A DNA stretch of 64,000 nt from Anolis carolinensis (taxonomy: Eukaryota): the NCBI RefSeq assembly GCF_035594765.1, contig NC_085842.1, positions 240,757,747 to 240,821,746 of the forward strand, read 5' to 3'. The notes under the pieces are model-generated. The model saw nothing but the letters and a program-made list of their open reading frames with translations, had not been told where the DNA came from and did no database searches. Positions 23,637 to 37,625 of this stretch are shown here, piece by piece (position 1 is the first letter of the stretch; every line of letters begins with the position of its first letter). The position numbers and the translations under genes are program-made.

Positions 23637-23989
23637 ATTTTTGTTATTCCAGGTGAAGTCTGACCAAAGCGAAATAGAGTAGGACTATGACTTTCCTGTA
23701 GAGTTCTTTAATCCCTTTTCATGTCTTTACCAAAACAAGGTTTGTACTAGATGCCATTGTTTCTGCTCAGAGCTTGTTCAGGCTAGCTCTCTTTGAGGAA
23801 GATACGGCTTGGCCTGTGCAGCTCTTTTTAAACCCTGCAATTAAACATCGACCTTGTTGACGAACCTGTTTTGCAGTCTCTCTATGGCTTGTATTTCTTT
23901 CCCCAAAGGACATCGATGCTCATTCAAATGTGACAGTGTTCTATGATCCAAGCAGAACTACAAATGCTGTTCCTTGGTTATGTCCTGAA

Positions 23990-24283
23990 GGGCCCTTCCA
24001 CACAGCCATATAACCCAGAATATCAAGGCAGATAATCCACAACACTTGCCTTGAACTGAGGCCCCTTCCGCTCAGTTGTATAAAATCTCACATTATCTGC
24101 TTTAAGTGTGGACTCAGATAAACCAGTTCAAAGTGTGGACTCAGATAAACCAGTTCAAAGCAGATATTGTGGATCATCTGCCTTCATATTCTGGGTTATA
24201 TGGTTGTGTGGAAGGGCCCTGAGTCCACACTGCCATATAATCCAGTTCAATGTGTATTTTATACAGCTGTGTGGAAGGGGCCT
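23990..24283. mobile_element. PIF/Harbinger-like palindromic MITEs (nested pair)
   Basis: GGGCCCTTCCACACAGCC...TGTGTGGAAGGGCCC termini; 27-bp tandem duplication at 24107-24160. Confidence 0.65.
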
Positions 24284-26904
24284 TAGAAAACATGAATTAT
24301 AATTTTTATTTAGCTTAGCCACCTACACTTTTTCTATTGGAGATAAGTTATCCTCTCCTGAGAATGCTTAGCAGAATGCTCACACGCTTTCCAAACCACG
24401 CATGGTTCATCTCTGTGTGTACATTTCCTTTGTTCTGTGATTGTCATGAAAAGATGGATGAATTGGTGAAAGCTTTGCTGTCACAGATGCCTTTGCAACC
24501 AAGGATAGCTGTGGCTTGACTTGAGCCCCAGATCTGTTGCTTATATCATCATAGGGCTCACAGAGGTGAATGCCATTCGAACCCATTCCGTTTATCAAAT
24601 ATTCACAGCTATTATCTGAGGATTCGCTATCAACTTCTCTCCAAGTCCACTCTATATGCCAGAAGCAGTAAGGAAAAATAGAGCCCATTTGTTCATTCTG
24701 GTTGACACTTTTGCAGAAGGCAGACCTAAAAAGAATCTTTCATGTGCAGAAGAGGTGGGGAGTCTTCTCTCTCACTTTTCAGAGGCGAAAAGAAGCACCC
24801 CGAGTCCCTTTTATCCCTCCCTCTTGGCAAACAGTCCAGATTCAGATGGAATCCTAGCAATGGGGGATCCATCAACATTCTTCTGCCAGAGCCTACCTTG
24901 CCTAGTTAAATGTTATGAAGAGCAGGTGCTTCTGTGCTTTGCTTCTAACATATCAAGCTGTACCACGCCTGTTTGCAATGGGGTAGAAAGTGAAGCAAGA
25001 ACAATTTCAGGCATTAATCATCAACCCTGAAGGCAAGTTTCTAGTTTGCTTTTCCAGCTATTCATAGTGGGCAGTTTATCCTCATCCAAAATTGTGCAAA
25101 TTTATCTTGATGTAGCAACTCCACAGCCATTTTCTCCATTCATTACTAGCTTCAACAGGTGAATACCAGCAAAAAATAGATTTGGCTTGATCTATACTGC
25201 CATATAATACAGTTTATCTGCATGTGACTACATTATATAGGCCTGCAATTCAAAACTACATTATTTGGCAGTGTAGATCCAGGCATAGTCTGAGGACAGT
25301 GGTTCCAATGTTTTGTGTGGAGTCCATGACAGTGTCTTACAGAGTTGAACACAAGGAGCCGATTTCTCTTCCTTTTACACGTCTTCTTACTGTGTCCCAT
25401 ACATTTCCTCCAGTCAAGTTCATGTACTGAAGTCCATAACACATGAAGACGTTATGGACGTTTTTGTTCCAGTCCTGCATTAGTAACCTTGTGAACAAAT
25501 ATTGTAGATTCCTGACTGCATTGTTACATTTTTATTATTTTGGGAGAACTGACTTGGTGCTAAGCTGGGAATTGGAACCAATTCACTTGTGTTACAATGC
25601 TTCCAAATGTTTTGTGGTTGAGAACATTGACTATCATTATTTTCCCCATAACTTTCACTTCGTGAAAGGGTTTTGTGGTACTATCTGCTATTTTCTCATT
25701 TCCCCCTAATTTGATGCTTGCCTTTTTTTCCAATTCCTCTTTTCTTGTTTTTTCACAGTGGGGACCTCTTCTCCATGTTCGTTATCACCAGCATCTCAGC
25801 TTGAGCATAGATGGTCCCATTATTTAGGAACAATTCATAGTGATGACCAATTTTGAATGCATATGTGTAGAACCACAATAATATATTTTGAACCTACAAC
25901 TTCCGCCAACTTTAACAGAGCCAGTGGTGGGGGATTATGAGAGTTACTGTAAAAAAACTCTGGAGGACTACAGACCAACATTTGTTTGCTATCAGGTATT
26001 TGCAGCAATTAACCGACAATGGCCTCAATCCAATGTTCACTCAGTGTAGCATCAGTATCAACATGTGGATCTGTTATGCTAAACCACATAATCTCCCAAC
26101 TTAATGTAAAGTCCCTAAAGCCCCCCTGCACAGCCATTCTGTGTTTTGCAGCAAGCAGGCAGAATCAGAGAAGGAATACATCGCCATAGTCAAATGCAAA
26201 ATGATTACAGGAATGCTGAGACCACTGAGTGCTCTGATGAATCTCAGTGCTGATGTTATCATTTTGTTTCTGGCTATGGGGATGTAGCTTATCTGGTCCT
26301 ACCTGCTGGTGGAAAAGCATGAAATGAGTATGCTGGCTGACTTCAGAGACTTTGCAGCAAGTCCATGGAGTGCGGGCTTTGGTTGAGAAGGAAGTGGAAA
26401 AGGGAATACAAAACTCTGTGGCACCCAAAGAAGAACACCTACACATGCAAGGGATGCTTATATGTGCCCCTAATAGAATTCCAGGCAATATCTAAATCAA
26501 ATATCTGAGAAAGTGAAGTGTAAAATATAATTGTATTCATGTTCTGATTCTTAGAACTTAAAAGTCAGGTGGCCTATGAATAAATCTTAGGTGGTTCCCA
26601 AGCCAGTCATTAGCACTAATTGGTCTTGCTGCATTGGTTCTGAAGTTTTCAGACATAAGTGAAATTGTAATAGAAAATATATTTTGTCTTAAGTCGTACG
26701 TCATGCATTTAAGCAGAGGCCCTTTCATACTGCTCCTGCTTAAATACTGCCCTGCCTTGTACACAAAGGCAAATATATTTTTATTACAATTGCATTACAT
26801 TTCCTTGTAATTATCTAAGGTCCCTTCCACATTACCAATAGAACTATTTCAAGTTACAAAAACAGAATCCACACCAGTTATAACCAGAATCTGTCAACAA
26901 ATAC

Positions 26905-27740
26905 GGAGGACATACCAATGCTTCCCAGATTGGAAACTCAATATATATTCCAGTTCCCAAGAAAGGGGATACTAGGCATTTCAATAACCATTAAACTGTT
27001 TCATTAATTTCCCATGCAAACAAAATGGTTCTCAAATTTTCACCAAAAAAGAGACTTTTACCATATACAGGCAGTCCCCAGGTGACAAACAAGATAGGGT
27101 CTGTAGGTTTGTTCTTAAGTTGAATTTGCAGGTAAGTCAGAACAGGAACATTTTAAAAATGTAACCCCAACACCCAATTTTAAAAGTTTTGGATAGCATA
27201 GGAAAGAGTTAACAACCCTGGAACATTAATTTTGCCATCTGTGTCCTCTGTTTAGATGATTTCGCCTCCCTTTCTGTCCGTGTGACAATTGAATTTTGAA
27301 AATGTTGGGTTGTGTAACAAAGGATGGTGATAAACCCCTTTTCCAATGATAATGCTTACTCACAGAAGTTAATTTCCCTTCCTTGGAGTAGATTTCTTCT
27401 CACTTCCTGTTGTCTCATCCCCATTTGTAATTAAGAGTCGCATGTAAGTCAAGTGTTTGTAACTCAGGGACTGCCTGTGTGGAGCTAAGATGACTAAGCT
27501 GAGATTGTGGTACTTTGGACATATCATGAGAGGACATGACTCACTAAAAAAAGGCAATAATGCTTGCTAAGAAAAAGAGGAAGACTGCACTCCAGATGGA
27601 TAGATTCAATCAAAGAAGCGACAGACCTGAGTATACATGATCTGATAAGGGCTGTTGATAATAGAGTGAATTTGAATTTTCGCATTAATTGGGTTGTCAA
27701 CAAGTCAAAGTTGACTTGATGGCAGTTAACAGCAACAGGC
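26905..27740 (+). mobile_element. Old RTE-clade LINE fragment interrupted by MITE 27068-27477
   Basis: IYIPVPKKGD, ISHANKMVL, YFGHIMRGHDSL motifs; CAACA tail. Confidence 0.65.
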
Positions 27741-28479
27741 TTTCATATTACACAGTTCTGGCATTGTGATCCCAATTTAAGTGTTATAACAACATCCTAT
27801 GGAATTCTAGGGTTTGTAGTTTGACAAGATACTAGAACTCTGAGAATTCTAATTAGCCCACTCTGAACTACAGATCCCAGACTTCCATATGATGGAATAC
27901 AGCATTATATTTATGTGGTGTGAAAAATGCCCCAGAGGTAGTGATCAGGGGGTCCTTCAGATGTTTTTGGACTCGAATTCCCATCAACTCAATGCTGATA
28001 GGAGTTGGAATTAAAATATGTAGATTCAACACCTGTAATGGTTGTAAACAGAGACAAAACAGAATTATCTCTTGTATGTAGTAAGGAGTAAACTAAAGAA
28101 AAGGTCGCATATTCCTGTGATAATACTACATGAAATTATGTAGATTTTTCAATTCTTCGGGCATCATCCCAGTAAACATTGCAACTCGGAATATCACAAA
28201 TCATTGCTGTGTATGTATGTGTATGAACAACAGAAGGCTGTATTAAGAACTTGTTCTGTAACTTTTCCCCCATTGGTTCCGGTTGTTAATGGAATGTTAA
28301 GCAGTGAACCTCTGCTCCATGACCCTAATACAAACAGGAATGTTATTAAGCTTATGTGGGTGTATACAGGAACAGATTTAACCCTTTCCTCTTTGACTAA
28401 GAATTTATTTGGAAGAGCTGCACATTGCACTCAAATCTATCAAAATAAAACCTCTGATGTTCAATTTCATCTCTTACAG

Positions 28480-28781
28480 GGCATATCTAGAAAATATTAC
28501 TGCAATAGGCCCAAGAGCAGTTGGAAGCCCAGAAAATGAAGTCTTCACAGTAAACTACCTCTTGGAACAAGTTAAAGCTATTGAAAGAGAAAGCAGCCGT
28601 GCCCACAACATCTCTGTAGATGTACAAAGACCAACAGGCACCTTCAGTCTTGACTTTCTTGGAGGGTTCACTAGTTACTATGACAATATTACTAATGTCG
28701 TAGTTAAACTGGAACCCAGAAGTGGAGCTGAACATGCTGTACTATCCAACTGCCACTTTGACTCTGTAACAAATACTTTAG
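28480..28781 (+). CDS. ERMP1: ERMP1 exon 2
   Basis: [20 protein letters not shown]...[12 protein letters not shown]; ttacag| and |gtaggt; 302 nt. Confidence 0.96.
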
Positions 28782-29044
28782 GTAGGTAAATCAGAAAACT
28801 TGGTGTAACTGCAGGGAAAAGGAAATCACAACATGCTAACAAGTTTGTGCTAGCTGCTCTGTTGAACAGATCTATATCTCTCTGTCCTCATGCCATTTGA
28901 AAACCTGCATTAGTGAAGAATTACTCTAAAACAATCCTTATTTTTTCCTGCTAAAGTCAAGAAAAAATAAGATTTGAGTCATAGCAAGACATAATCTCCT
29001 AGATTTTATTTAATGAAAGAATTTTAGGATATTTTAGGTAGCAG

Positions 29045-29458
29045 AACATACTCATGCAGATGTCAACCTCATGTATAAGTTGAAGGCAGGTTTTGGGGGC
29101 AAAATTAGGGATTTAATATTCTCTGTGGATAAGTCAATGGTCATTCTGCATTAGAGGGGAAAGCACCAAAGCCAACTGAGAGGACCATCCGCTGCTGCCG
29201 CCCTTTCCTTGCCCAGACATTTTAAAAGGCTAGAACCAGCCCATTATGAAAACAGGAGAGGGAATCGATGCTTCTTTTAATTTCTCCCAGTATGGACTAA
29301 ACTCTTGCTTTTCACTACTGTGCTCAAATAAGAGTATGGCTCCTTTTTTTATTAGACTTAAAAGACTATAGTGCTCCCATTGAGCCAAATTGATCCAGAT
29401 TTTGGGAGTTGATTTTTTGACCCAAATTGCTAGCATTTATACATGAGCATATAGGGTA
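29045..29458. mobile_element. Non-autonomous DNA element, Tigger-like ends (related copies ~30725-31370, ~35070-36045, ~34070-34150)
   Basis: Shared TACTCATGTATAAGTYRACCTCATGTATAAGT...GGCAGGTTTT terminal sequence. Confidence 0.55.
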
Positions 29459-30687
29459 CTTTTTATTAATGCTAATTTCTAAAATGACATCAGTATTAAA
29501 ATTAGAATTTGGGTGGATAGATAGATATCCCTATTATAATTATTAAACAAATATATATTTCAAAGTGTAATATAATTGTTGCATTCTGGGTTTTTTTTTT
29601 TCATTATTAGCTAGGCTATACAGTACTTTTCAATTTTGAGAAGAAATTGCCGTTTAATTTCTGCAATTCCTGCAATGGAGGAACTGACATATGTGTTCTA
29701 TTTTAATGTGGAAGAATATAATTCTGAAATTATTGTGGTTGAATTGCAACACAAGCAAGAATTATATTTACTTGTTAAGCAGTTGGTTGTGCTTAACAAG
29801 TGCCACTGATTTTAGTAGATCTAAGTCTAGATAGGATTTTGAATTTCGCCTGTAGTAATCAGTAATATAATTGTATATACCACTAACAATAAAACAAAAA
29901 GACTAGTTATTTGCAATATAAAGTGAAAATGTTTTGATTAATTTATTTCATTGTAAACTATATGTTCTGTCCTTTGTGCAAAAGATAATATGTATGCCAG
30001 AGTAGTTAGCATTCATCATCATTCCTGACTGATTTTATAATATCTTAAAAGTTGATCGAATGTAATCCAAGACATTTAAATATAGTGTTATTTACAGTAG
30101 ATGTACATATTACCTGAGGTATCTATTCCAGTACCTTTCATTTAATCTTGAACTCTATTTTTCAAACACGAGGTGAAGAATATTTTGGGCTTCTGGACAA
30201 AGCATATCAGAATCATTCTGAAAGACCTGGTGATGCTTAGAGAAGAATTTTCTCTAAGCCTGCAGTTTAATGCTACAATCAACTTCCAGTAGAATGTCTG
30301 GTGGATGTTGAATATCGGTCATACTGTATCCTGGAGAACACTTCTCTAGGCATTATTAGGGGTTCCAGAGTAATTCTGTGGTATTCAAAGCTCTTTCCAT
30401 ATAAATGAAACCATGTTTAATGAGCTCATGTAATAAGTTGGGCCCTACTATATTTGACCTATATCTCTTCTTTCTCCCAAAGTTGGGGTTGAAGATAGCA
30501 CAATAATTTGTTCTAGAAGAGCTAACAGGTATCACTTCTTCTTGCTGAATAAATACACATTTTATATTAATGGCTTAGAAAGTACATCAAGCCATTGCAA
30601 CTTATATTTATTTATATCTGATTAGTCTTTTTGCGCATATATATATATCAGATATAAAGAAAGAAATATGAGTTGCAATGGCTTGAT

Positions 30688-30725
<38 letters not shown>

Positions 30726-32564
30726 GTGTATAAGTTGACGTCATATATAAGTTCAGGGCAGGTTTTGGTACCAATTACGGATTTTGAGATGTCGCATGGA
30801 TAAGTTGGGAGTCATTCGTCAGAATAGGGAAAGCACCTTGACTGCTGCCATTTTCCTGCCCAGGTGTTCAGAAAGGCCCTTTGCCCCTCTGTTCAAAGAA
30901 GGTTTTTAAAATAAAGGTGGTTAAGACACAATACCCACAGGTCATTGTAAGTACTATATCTTAATTCTTATGAAAAAGGAGCCACCCTTTTCTCTGAGTA
31001 GAGATGAAAAGTGAGACCATAGTCCATCCTGGGAAAACCTAAAAGGAGTGCCAACCCCTCTACTCCCTCAGTGTTCCTTTATGGGGAAGTACCAAAGAGC
31101 CACCAACATTTCCTGTCAAGACATTTAAAAAACCCAGAAGCATCACCATGGTAGAAAGAGTACAGGTGGTTGGTGCTTCTTTCAGGTTCTCATGGAATGG
31201 GCTAATCTCTTATCTTTTGCCACTCTTCAGAGAATAAAACACTTCCCTTTAAAAAAAAAAAAAGACGAGTTGAGATGTTTACAATGACTTGTGTATAAGT
31301 TGACCCAGTTTTTTTTGGGGTGGTGGTGGTGGAGGAATGAAATGTATGGTTACGAGTAAATTACAGTATATTTGTCTCTGATGTCTTTAGTACTATGCTA
31401 AAGCATACTGTTCTAGACAGAATATACAAAAAATTCCTAATATGGTTATTGCATTCTTTTCTTGCACCCTACTTCTGAACACACTGTCTAGATTACTGAG
31501 AACAACATATGCATTAAGTCTATAGGACTCCAAATTTCCTTGGGATTTTTAATTTTGAACATGTGCATCCTTCCTGCAATGCTTGATCCCATTAAAGAGT
31601 TTTTAAAATAGCTTGCTGAGCAGCAGCAGGATGAGAAACAGAATTCTACTTTTTGTACGTGAAACAAATTACACTTGTATGAATCTGTCACATGTAAGCA
31701 AATGTAACAATTGAAAGGGAATTCACTTTCAAGTAATGGTTCTTAGGTCTGGGATGCCTGACAAAACAATTCAGTAGTCATAGCAAGTGATCTATTGTGT
31801 TTTACCTGTGAAATGGCTCTACAGATACACAGTACATCACCCATATCCATGGTAAAATATGTTCCAGGACTTCGCACGTGAAACCACAGGTAATAGCAAG
31901 CCCTATATTTTTGTTCTCAGAATGAAAATAGGGAGCCTACTATCCCCCCTCCCACCAGCTGCCCCAGTAACTGATGTTTGGATAGAAGCTGCTTGTACTG
32001 ACCTCCCTAAAGCACCCCTGTCCAGCTGCCAAATCCAGCAGGAAGTTTGGTTTCCCCCCCTCTCCCTGCTGATGGAACAGGTCATTTGCAACAAAGCAGA
32101 GGGATTGCTTTGTTGGCTGGGTATAGGAGAGAAGACTTCTCCCCCACCCAACATAACAGTTCTTCAGAGAAGTGCAGCAGCAACTGGGCCTCCTGCCAGA
32201 TTTGGCACATGGGGACTAGACTCTGGGAGACAGGGCAGAAGGCAAGCAAATTGTGAGGAAAGACACCTGCTGCCATGATCGTGGATAAGTGAAGCTATGA
32301 ATAATGGTCACACATATATGGAGGTCATACCACAGTCGTTTTGTGATGCTAACCAGCAGGGAAGTAGTGGAACTGACTGTATGTCAAGTGCTTTATAATG
32401 CTCAAATGTGAACAGGGAAATTCATTTTTACAATGAACATTTCTATAATATGCTTGAATATTTCATGTAACACTATAAGACTAAATGTGGATAAACTAAT
32501 AAAAATAAGAATTATGTTTCAAGGTGCAAGAGTCAGTTCCGCTAAATATTTTATAATTTTTAAG

Positions 32565-32692
32565 GTGCCAGTGATGATGCTGTCAGCTGTTCTGTGATGC
32601 TTGAGATACTGCACGCTCTTTCAAAGTCATCGGAACCCTTAAAACATGCAGTTATCTTTCTGTTTAACGGTGCAGAAGAAAGTATCTTGCAG
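32565..32692 (+). CDS. ERMP1: ERMP1 exon 3
   Basis: [42 protein letters not shown]; 128 nt. Confidence 0.96.
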
Positions 32693-32746
32693 GTAAGGCT
32701 GTAATTGTCAGACTTACAAAGTTTTCCATACCATTTGTCTAGGCAC

Positions 32747-32747
<1 letters not shown>

Positions 32748-32806
<59 letters not shown>
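32748..32806. repeat. (TCTA)n microsatellite
   Basis: Direct reading. Confidence 0.97.
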
Positions 32807-32808
<2 letters not shown>

Positions 32809-33944
32809 ATCACTAAAAAGAATCCTGAAGGTGGGCAATAACATTTTTAAACAATTAGATTAACTTCTATCTGGAACCCTATATAGATGCTGGTAGTTTA
32901 TGCAGGCAATGCCGAGCTGACCACAGTGCAAGATAGATTTGTGCCAAAAGAGTAGCCTTTTAAAGTATGATAATCGTGCTGGAACATTACAATCTGATTG
33001 AGAGAAAAAAATCTGCAAACTTTAAATAGAATTCTCTTTGACCTGCTAAACAACTAACAAAAACAATGCTTAAAAATCCCAAACAGTTTAATAGGTGCCA
33101 GCTTGGGACAATGGTGGCTGTCATATGAAAAAGAAAACTGACCATTGTTGAGTGTTCTGTGCCACCAGTAGTTGATCCTAGAGCCCCAGAAGACCAGGAT
33201 TTGAGCCCCTTACTGAACTATAAAAACACAGTGGGTGATCTTGAGCAAGCCATACTCTCTCAACCTCAGGGGAAGGCAATGATGAACCCCCTCCAAATCA
33301 GTCTTTCCAGAGTTTGGAGAGATCTAATAGCTACCATCACCGTGCTTCTAAATCTTTTTGGCCAAGAAATGACCAGTTGCGTTCCTAGAGTCTTCTGGTG
33401 TGGTATGATTGGCCATTTCAGGCCATTTCCAGGAGGGAAGGATCCAGTCAAATTTTAGGTCCAGGTAAGCCTTTTTTCAAAGCCTAAAGATAGTTCACTA
33501 TTCTAACTGATTTATTTTTATATTGCCTATTTATATGGAAATAGCAATTAGTCTGAAGGAACAGATCTCAAAAAGGGACTTCCTGTCCCCAAGTTCAAGT
33601 GTCAGGATGGAAAGTCTCTTTGGAAATGATGGCTATGAAAGTGAAAAGAATTAAAAAATTTAATATTCTATGACAAGCGTACTGAACAGGGACATAATTA
33701 TTTCCTTTATTCTTTGTGCTATATTTATAATTAACTTAATGTTCTCAGATTGCTTGCATTCTGCTTCTCTCAGGCCCCTCTACACTGTCATATAATTCAA
33801 TTCAAAGCAGATAATCTGGATTTTATATCGCAGGGTAAAGAGGGCTCTAGTTAATGTTTTGCCAAAACCAATGTGATTTTTGTGTGTTGGGACAGTAGCT
33901 CAAAAGTATTGCCTTGACATCTTCTATTTTTGCTTCCCATGCAG

Positions 33945-34050
33945 GCTAGCCATGGCTTCATTACACAGCATCATTGGGCTAAATCCGTTAGAGCATTTGT
34001 TAACCTGGAGGCTGCTGGAGTAGGAGGGAAAGAGCTTGTTTTTCAGACAG
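33945..34050 (+). CDS. ERMP1: ERMP1 exon 4
   Basis: [35 protein letters not shown]; 106 nt. Confidence 0.96.
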
Positions 34051-34164
34051 GTAAGATACTTTGACTTCTTATATATGCCAAGGATGGTTTTCTTCCATAA
34101 TTTAACTGCAAAACCTGCTCTCAACTTATATATGAGGTCGACTTATACTGTTTATGATTATATA

Positions 34165-34389
34165 GGGCTCGGGCTGTGGCGCAGGCTGGAGAACAGCTGC
34201 AATGAATCACTGCAATGAATCACTCTGACCAGGAGGTCATGAGTTCGAGGCCCGCTCGAAGCCTATGTTTGTTTGTCTTTGTTCTATGTTAAAAGGCATT
34301 GAATGTTTGCCTATATGTGTAATGTGATCCACCCTGAGTCCCCTTCGGGGTGAGAAGGGCAGAATATAAATGCTGTAAATAAATAAATA
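34165..34389 (+). mobile_element. tRNA-derived SINE with L2-type 3' tail
   Basis: A-box TGGCGCAGGCTGG, B-box GAGTTCGAGGCCC, tail GAGTCCCCTTCGGGGTGAGAAGGGC...(TAAA)n. Confidence 0.75.
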
Positions 34390-35303
34390 TGGTACAGATT
34401 ACATTTATGATTGCAACTCCCAAAAACCAGCACGGATATAACTTTTCCATGCTTTGATTTATCCACATAAGCGTGTGTCTGAGGGCATCTGGGTCCAGCT
34501 CACATGAATAGAACACGCCTTGTGTGCATTGATGCATAAATAATAAATTGATACCTTCATTGTAATGTATGCTTTGCAGTGGATGGGGAACAACAATAAT
34601 TTTTACAAACACTGCATTTTATCAGCTGTCTGCTATCAGCGCAAACACATCTCCCTGCACTGTACTTCTCTAATTGAAGATGACCCAAATTTGAAAAGTA
34701 AATAAATGTTTGTTAGACACGTTATCTAGAGTGATCTGCAGAACTGAACAAAGGTAGTCATGTTAAATCTTCAAACCAATTGGAGGAAAGTGTTATGCAA
34801 GATGTAATTTGAATACCCAAAACAAAATCAATTACACAACAAGCTGGTTAGGAAACTACAAGAGATGATTAAGACATCAAGTGCATTTGAAGAAAATAAT
34901 GGAGAAACAACAAAATATGCTAATGCAAGTGAAAGTAGAAATTGTAGAGAACTGAAAAGATCATATTACCAAATGTGACAGGAGAAAGGTGGGATTATAA
35001 AGAAATAATAAACCAAAGTAAGATAAAATGCTTGCAAAAGAAATATAAGGAGAAAATATTTTTTACATACCATATATACTCATGTAGAAGTCAACCTCAT
35101 GTGTAAATTGCAACAGGTTTGGGAGTAAAAATTAGAGATTTTTATATTACTTGTGATAAGTCAAGGATCATTTCATAGAGATGGGAAAGCACAAATGTTG
35201 TCTTAGGGCACCAGATGTCCCTGCCAACAGCTCCCATTTTTCCACCCAGGCATTAAAAACGTCTGGAAGTGGTGCCACAGAGGAATAGAGAGGCCTCTAC
35301 TTT

Positions 35304-35956
35304 GAGGGGTCCTCCAAGTTTTTAAGTAGAGGGCCAATTCACCGTCCCTCAGACTGTTGGGGGACTGGATTATACAGTAGAGTCTCACTTATCCAAGCCT
35401 CTGGATAATCCAAGCCATTTTTGTAGTCAATGTTTTCAATATATCGTGATATTTTGGTGCTAAATTCGTAAATACAGTAATTACAACATAACATGAAGTT
35501 TTGGTGCTTAATTTGTAAAATCATAACCTAATTTGATGTTTAATAGGCTTTTCCTTAATCCCTCCTTATTATTCAAGATTATTATTCGCTTATCCAAGCT
35601 TCTGCCGGCCCGTTTAGCTTGGATAAGTGAGACTCTACTGTAGTTTGAAAAAATGAACAAATTCCTGTTCACAATGGACATATCTTATTTTCAGTGCAAA
35701 AAGAAGAAGAAAAAGAACAATACAATATTTAACACGAAGAACAATATAGCCAACATAAACTGACCAGTATTTCAATGAGAAATGTGGACCTGCTTTTGGT
35801 TGATGAGATAGTCAAGTTAATTAGGATTGTTTTGATCTGTACCTTCAAGTAATTTCAGACTTACGGTGACCCTAAGTCTAAAGTTGAGGGCAGGGGCTGG
35901 GTAAATGACCTTGGAGGGCTGCATCTGGCCCTTAGGCCATAAATTGGGGACCCTGT
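35304..35956 (-). mobile_element. Older OC1-like hAT MITE with nested mariner MITE (35375-35640)
   Basis: AGGGGTCCTCCAAGTT...TGGGGACCCTG ends; inner element has TA-flanked TIRs. Confidence 0.75.
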
Positions 35957-37625
35957 TTTAGGTTCTCCCAGGATGGACTAAGCTCCCGCCTTTCACCACT
36001 CTGCTCAGTGAAGGGGAAGGTTACTTTTTTGATAAGTACTCTGATTGGCTAAGTATGGACTTCAATAACTGGAAAGATTGGGAAGCAGGGTTTTCTGTAA
36101 TATGAGGAACAGATGGCTTTTATCCATCTGTGGGAAACGTACAGTATTCTGCATGTCCAAAATGTCATCTCAGTCTTGAGCCTCATTTAAACAGGTTGAC
36201 AGGGTTTAGATATGCCAGCCAAATGAAACTACTGTATTAAATGAGAAATTTCAAAATAGGCTGCATTATCTGAACTTTGGCAAAAGAATCATAGAAGGCA
36301 TATGTTAATTGTTGTAAATTAGATGCTGTGTTGTTAATTTTAGATTTTGTAAGGTAGTAATGTTCTAGTGGTCCTGTAGAGTTCTTCTATTTCCTTAGAC
36401 TTCTCCTGAAACGATGAGGTGTAACATAGATGTTGAGTAAGATGAAGTAAAAAGGGAAGAGGAACAGATCAGAGAAGAACTTCTCAGTCATTCATTATTT
36501 AATAAAATGGGAGTAAGAAATTTCAAGAAAGGTGGTGAATTGGTTGACTGGTTATTTTGGATGCATCAATTTTGTGGATCACAGCCAACATCTAACATTT
36601 TCAAAAAGGCAAACAAGCTGTGCAATTCAGAGATACAGTCCAAAAAAGTAAAGTTCTCAAACTCTGCTTGATAGGATCAGATAATAGAAGCAGCCTCATG
36701 TTCTCTTCAGTAATAAGGACTGCCTGTTCATAACCATGGTTCAAAGAAACCATTTAAAAACGTACATGAGAACTGTGTGTTTGTTGGGGTGTGTCCACTT
36801 ACATGTCGCTGGAACTTCCCTTTTGGCTTTTCACTGCTATAGATTCTCTCAGTGATAATGTCAAGCAGTTTGACATGTGAACTAGACTCATTGGATTGGA
36901 GACCTGCAACAATGGCAATTATAGGGAAAGCTCTCACTGTACATAGTTCTCTTATGCATGAATGAATAGCAACCAGGGATCATGTCCCCTACATCTACTG
37001 GTGAAAGATAGATGGGGGCTTTGTAATACTAGAGATGGGCTCTGCAAATCTAAGTTGTGCAGCTGTGTTTTGGTTTGTCAGGCAAAGCATAACATGAAAA
37101 TAAGTAGAGCTTGGAAAAATAAGAATATCAAATTCCAAAATCCATATGGAGAATAACTTTAGGTATGATATAGAGGTAGGGTTGCACCATAAAAATGTTA
37201 AAATGGCTTTTTGCACCACGGTTTCCTTGATTCTTTTACTAGACAATCATTATGGTATTGTTCATATGTACACTGCTGTCCTGAAAATGCCTTGTTCTTG
37301 TGATGCTTTCAGGAATATTAGGAATTTAGTCCCAATAGTTAGTAAACCTGTCTTTCTAGGTCAGGACTTTATTTAGTGTACAATGATATCTTGGGGCAAC
37401 TGACCAAAGATGAAATACTTGAGAAACGGGCTTTTTGCATTTTATCACCAGCCAATAATCTCTATGTCTTTCACTATAATAAACAGGAATCCTAAGAGTC
37501 TAATTCAGCTACAATAAACTTCATTGAATCAGTTGTTAAATGGCAGATCAACACAAGTAAATACAACTGTTTCAGTGGCTCTGCTCGAGACTAGCAACAG
37601 GATTCAGCACATAGAATCCTAAATA

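Larger units (their letters stand above)
22110..23697 (-). mobile_element. CR1 LINE 3' part, split by several later insertions
   Basis: CR1 segments 22110-22181, 22329-22458, 23190-23427, 23645-23697 join into contiguous CR1 sequence. Confidence 0.7.

Noticed and set aside
23700-25180. TE-poor part of intron 1 with ORFs of 93-124 aa
   Set aside because: No recognisable protein motif or exon chain; frequent stops in adjoining sequence.
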